Source: Trichoplax adhaerens (lineage: Eukaryota > Animalia > Placozoa). From it: a DNA stretch of 64,000 nucleotides. A model generated the notes under the pieces. It saw nothing but the letters and a program-made list of their open reading frames with translations, had not been told where the DNA came from and did not search any database. A program made the translations under genes and the position numbers. The first letter of the stretch is position 1. Each line of letters opens with the position of its first letter. The stretch is from positions 312,775-376,774 of the forward strand of contig NW_002060951.1 of assembly GCF_000150275.1 (NCBI RefSeq). The letters run 5' to 3'. Shown here piece after piece: positions 59,301 through 64,000 of this stretch.

Positions 59301-62300
59301 TCATTAACATTCTACTATCAGAATTAGGATGTTTATCACCTAGAACAATTTAATTCGATATTAGTATGAAGTCTATTTGGTAAATCATAATTGTATCTAT
59401 TCTTTCCATAAATATATTCGATCCTGCTACTTCATTAACCTCATAAGAATTTATTTATGGCTTCCTTACATTGCTTAGGCAACGCGATTTGGTACGATGC
59501 CTGATTTTTAATCAATGACATATTTATAAGAAATTTCTATTATTCCTGTATTAATTACATATAGAAATCCACATAGATTACTATTTTAAATTGATGCCTT
59601 ATGGTTAAGTAATGAAATAGTAATATCAATAACACCAGCAATCCCATAAGATTTCTAAAGTTGTATTTAATTCTAGGAATATGGAAGTTAACTACAATCA
59701 AGTGCATTGATCATATTAGCCTATTATCTTTATTATTCATCATAACAGGATCCGTAATATATAAAAGTGCACATTAACATTTTTATCCTTCGAATTGAAT
59801 TTGATATTCTGTTCTTGCTATTGATTAAAGATATTAAAATCTGCATAGCCAGCAATTTGTTATTTTGTATGTTATTCAGATTATTGATAGTTATATTGTG
59901 ATGACATGTGAAAGACTGCATATAGCAATCATTGAATTTTATAATTGTACTTGATGGTAATTTAAATACAATACAATTGAATTAAAGGAAAGAAGATAAG
60001 TCTATGATAAGATCACAAATTCAATACTTTTATTATGATTTCGTTCAAATTAACTCAACTAATAATAACGATGATAAAGAAAGGTCTGCTATCTATTATT
60101 TATCTATAAGAGACTAATTCTTTAAACAGGATAATCAGTGCTAAATCGTAATTTTACTACTCTACAGCATAACAGTAAACCGGATGGGCTCAGTAAAATA
60201 AATAAATCAATGCTCACCAGATGTTATTAGTAACCGTGTTATTATGATAGCAGATTCAAATAGAATATGTTTAATAATGGGCTATTGTTTGCCAGTTGGC
60301 AAATTGAGCTAAAAGAGACGAGACATGCAGATATATATCAACAAATGCGCGTATTACTTAAAATTACGCTATTTGGTGTAATCATTGAACCTCCTTAACG
60401 GTCTTATTTTTTATCCTACTGTATGTTTTGTGCCAATGCAGGTTGTTGCAAGTCAGTTATAAAATAACTAGCTCTATTGATAACGATATTCTATAATGAA
60501 TAGTTGAGTTCATTTTCCATTATGACTGTAGCTAAGTAAAAGCTGTTAATATCACCACAGGAAATACGCAATATCCTACTACTGTCTTATAAGATATTGT
60601 CATATCCAAGTATTAATTTAATTTTTTCCGAATTTTATCGCAAATGCGAATTTGCAACAGTAATATAATCACACAGGTTCAGCTGTTTCAACCAAAATTC
60701 AATTACAATTCGTCTCACTGATATTTTTGGCGTAATCTTGGTTTTTTAAAATATTGTCTTACTATAAGATAAATAAGTCAACGTATTTACGTTATCAACA
60801 GATCACATCTATAGTAATATCTATTTTAATTATCACTCGTAGATAGGTTATCAACACAAAAAATTTTACTGCTAAAATAATTCAAATTGAAGTATGTTAA
60901 AATATGGCAATGTCAGTTATTTCTTTTCTTGGATTTGTTTAGAATTTTATTTAGATTTGTAATTTTAATCTATACCAGAAACCTGAAGTAAGCACTAAGG
61001 AATTAACATTAGTCAATGAGTTGACTGGATTAATTAATTTTAGATCAGATTCTGTAAGATGTATGAAATAAATTTATGATGATAATAGGGTTTGTAGTCT
61101 AAAATAATAGTGATCATAAGCGTGATCGTTAAAATGGTAAATCTCATTTACTGTAATTAGTACCCGTATATCATCTTGTTAATACTGCAGTCCTTAAATA
61201 AGTAAATATTGTTATGATTTTTTGGCTCCATATGAATTCATATTGCTAATTGCATGATTTAAAATAATAAATAAATAATGCAATAAAAGATAAAATAAGA
61301 ACTTCATATCATTTTATCTTGTAACGTCAAAATAAACCTATTTTCCATAATGTAATCATAACATGGAAATAATGTCGTAAAATATACTAGCTGTAGCAAA
61401 TTTCATCTACTGCATGCATCAACCGAAAGTAGCCTATCCTAAGGAAAAATGTATCCTGTTAATTTTTAATATCGTCACCGAGGAAAATAACAATTCATGA
61501 ACAACAGCTTGTATGAACTTACGGTAGTCAATTAAGGTGAATAAGTAGAACACACTAACAGTTACTCACGTTTGTTATTTTTGTCGTATGATTCATAAAA
61601 ATATCATATATAATATCATATTATGGATGTTTATATAAAATATTTCATGTTAATAAACAAGATATCGTTCTAAAGTCCATTGTATCTAGTCTTTAGCGTA
61701 CAGTATAGTTGATGATTGTTTTTTGAGGAAAGTTGTCGAAAATACGGTGCAATAAGAAGAGGCCAAAAATAGAAAGTAGAACGATCAAAAAAAAACCTAA
61801 TGCCATCTTGTACTTGTTGTAGCTAAACAACTTAAGAATTATTAAAATCCAAAGCGTATAATTAAAAAATTAAAATTATAATGTATTACATAAGATTAAC
61901 TTATCTTTTAATTAGTAATGAAGACATAAGTTACAATACAGTAATAGAAAGAAATATGAACACTTGATCACATTAATAGCTGAGTTAATTTAAAGTCGAC
62001 GAATATGAGTTTCAAAATGACATTATTGATTAGTCACAAGGTGAGAGAATAAGTTGTTATTATTTCATGGAAACATAATCCGGCCAATGAGTCAACTTAA
62101 AAGATGAAAGGAATTTAATAAAATAGTCATTTTAACTATTGATAACGTAATTGAATTGTCATTAAAGTGAATCAAAATAAAATCTAGATTAACATGCAGA
62201 TGAATAATTCACTATCATTTGTCATTATTAAGGTAACAATATGCAATTAAACTGTGATGTAACATCTTCTTATTTAAAAAGAATTGCCTGCAATCCAACT

Positions 62301-64000
62301 GTTTTCATTCTCTATGATCATCGCTAGATAATTGTAGGCATTTGATCAGCAATTAATTTTACTAGATATCTTACGAAAGAAAAATAAATTTTATCTTTTC
62401 CCAATTTGATGAAATGGATTAAAATCGTTTTATTGATGATGGGGGAAATGATAGACTGAATTCGTATGGCAGCTGCCACACGTCTCTTTCGTTACCATAT
62501 GTTTTATTATATTTTAATCATCTTATTTCTTTCCATCTGGTTGCCGTTGACCATTATTCTATATTTATTCATCTTTTGATTTCTTACCCCCTAGTGTTAG
62601 CTAAAAAAATCAAGGCGGTTTCTTTAACTGTAAGCGCCACTAAATTGATATTTAGTTAAAAGCTATTGAATTTATTCAAGTCAAATAGTCTATTATAAAT
62701 TTGAATTATCTCATTATTACTTGGACGTGTGTGCTTGCCTATGGAAGTGTGTAAAAGCGTGTAAGGTTAATCTATCTGTCATCATTAAGGATTTGAAGAT
62801 CAATCAATCAATCAAATTATTCACGTCATGATCTTGCTTTTGTCACATACTATTATCGAAATTATAATATTATTCATATTAACAATCTAGCTTTTCTCTT
62901 CCGTCCATAACATAGATTTTGTAATTTGAGATTTATCTACTGTAATACTTTTTTTCACTTAATCCTATTGAAAACATGATCAGTTTAGATTTAAAATAGC
63001 TTACTACCGGTATTGACTTAAAGCTAATGGAAATCATTAGTAAATTAAGACATCTACGGGTAAGCCGAAAAAACAGATATATCAACATTAATGACTTATA
63101 AACGGAAGGAAAATTCGCAGATGGAATGACCCCTCCAAAAAAATAGATGAAAACAACATTACCATTGTTCATGATCAATTCAGTATCGTCATCATATTTC
63201 TATTTGGGGATTGTTATATAAGATCGGAACGGATGAAGAATCGGTTGTATTATCTCATTTCAAGATAAAGCAGTGTATAAAGATAGAAAATGATGGAAAG
63301 AATAGAAAATTATACAAATAGTTAATCTATTAGTTCAATCGACCCAAGTTTGAAGTTAACATTTGCATAACTTGATTTATTTATTATCCTGATAATACCG
63401 TAACAAAATAGAATTAATTGAAAAGCACTTGACACATGGCTACAGACAATAGAATAATAGGAAAGCAATTTAGTCAATGGTCATAACAATGGTCAAAGTA
63501 GATAATTGACATGTAAATAGTCGTCAGTTAGTTTTGTTTGTTAAATCTAATAACAACAAAACAATTAATCTGATTAAGCTTTTTGAATGTGGACTAACAA
63601 GTCTAGTCTATTCGCCGAAGATTAGTATAATTGAGTGATTTACTAAAGACTTCTCCTAATAAAGTAGGGTTACACTTAAATAGGAGATAACGGGATAAAT
63701 TTTATTAGATAATATTGTATGAACATGTCATAACAATAGATTAATGTATCATCAAACAAGTATAGTTAACAAAAGCAGGGCACAAATCAGTGATTGGAAT
63801 AGAAGTCTGTACTGCTAGGAGGTGGCTTTGTCTTTTAATTTAATTACATTTGACAATAGTGCAAGTAGCATTGTGTACGTGTTTGTAGGTTTTCAATCGA
63901 GAAAGTTTTTTTCAATCCAAGAGTCTTTCAACTGTCTAGATCGATAGTTGGATTAATTAAAACAATAACCAAATTAGAAAAGAATAGAAAGGGGATACAT

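Overview
AT-rich (roughly one third GC by eye) animal nuclear DNA with many short GT-AG introns. The compact gene-dense style is consistent with a placozoan such as Trichoplax, which is an inference and not verified. Manual splicing recovers ten conserved genes in the first 50 kb: DYNC2LI1 (-, 3' end outside the window), ALKBH7 (+), R3HDM4 (-), AGBL4/CCP6 (+), MED26 (-), MTAP (-), PRKCSH (+), FAF1 (+) and two tandem calcyphosine-like (CAPSL/CAPS) genes (+). A decayed exon of a third calcyphosine copy lies between those two. The last ~14 kb has no recognisable coding sequence. Main observations: (1) the gene set matches the bystander genes of the vertebrate ELAVL/DMRTA/CDKN2 paralogous blocks (human 1p32-33, 9p21, 19p13), but the developmental genes themselves are absent here; (2) RFX X-box motifs sit at three cilium-related genes; (3) a recent 101-bp tandem duplication in AGBL4 creates a potential in-frame 17-codon exon; (4) two related foldback (MITE-like) elements lie upstream of AGBL4; (5) a 50-aa signal-peptide-like sORF lies between FAF1 and the first calcyphosine gene. 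Most ORFs in the supplied track are exon fragments or noise. No prokaryotic-type system, CRISPR array, rRNA or tRNA was found.
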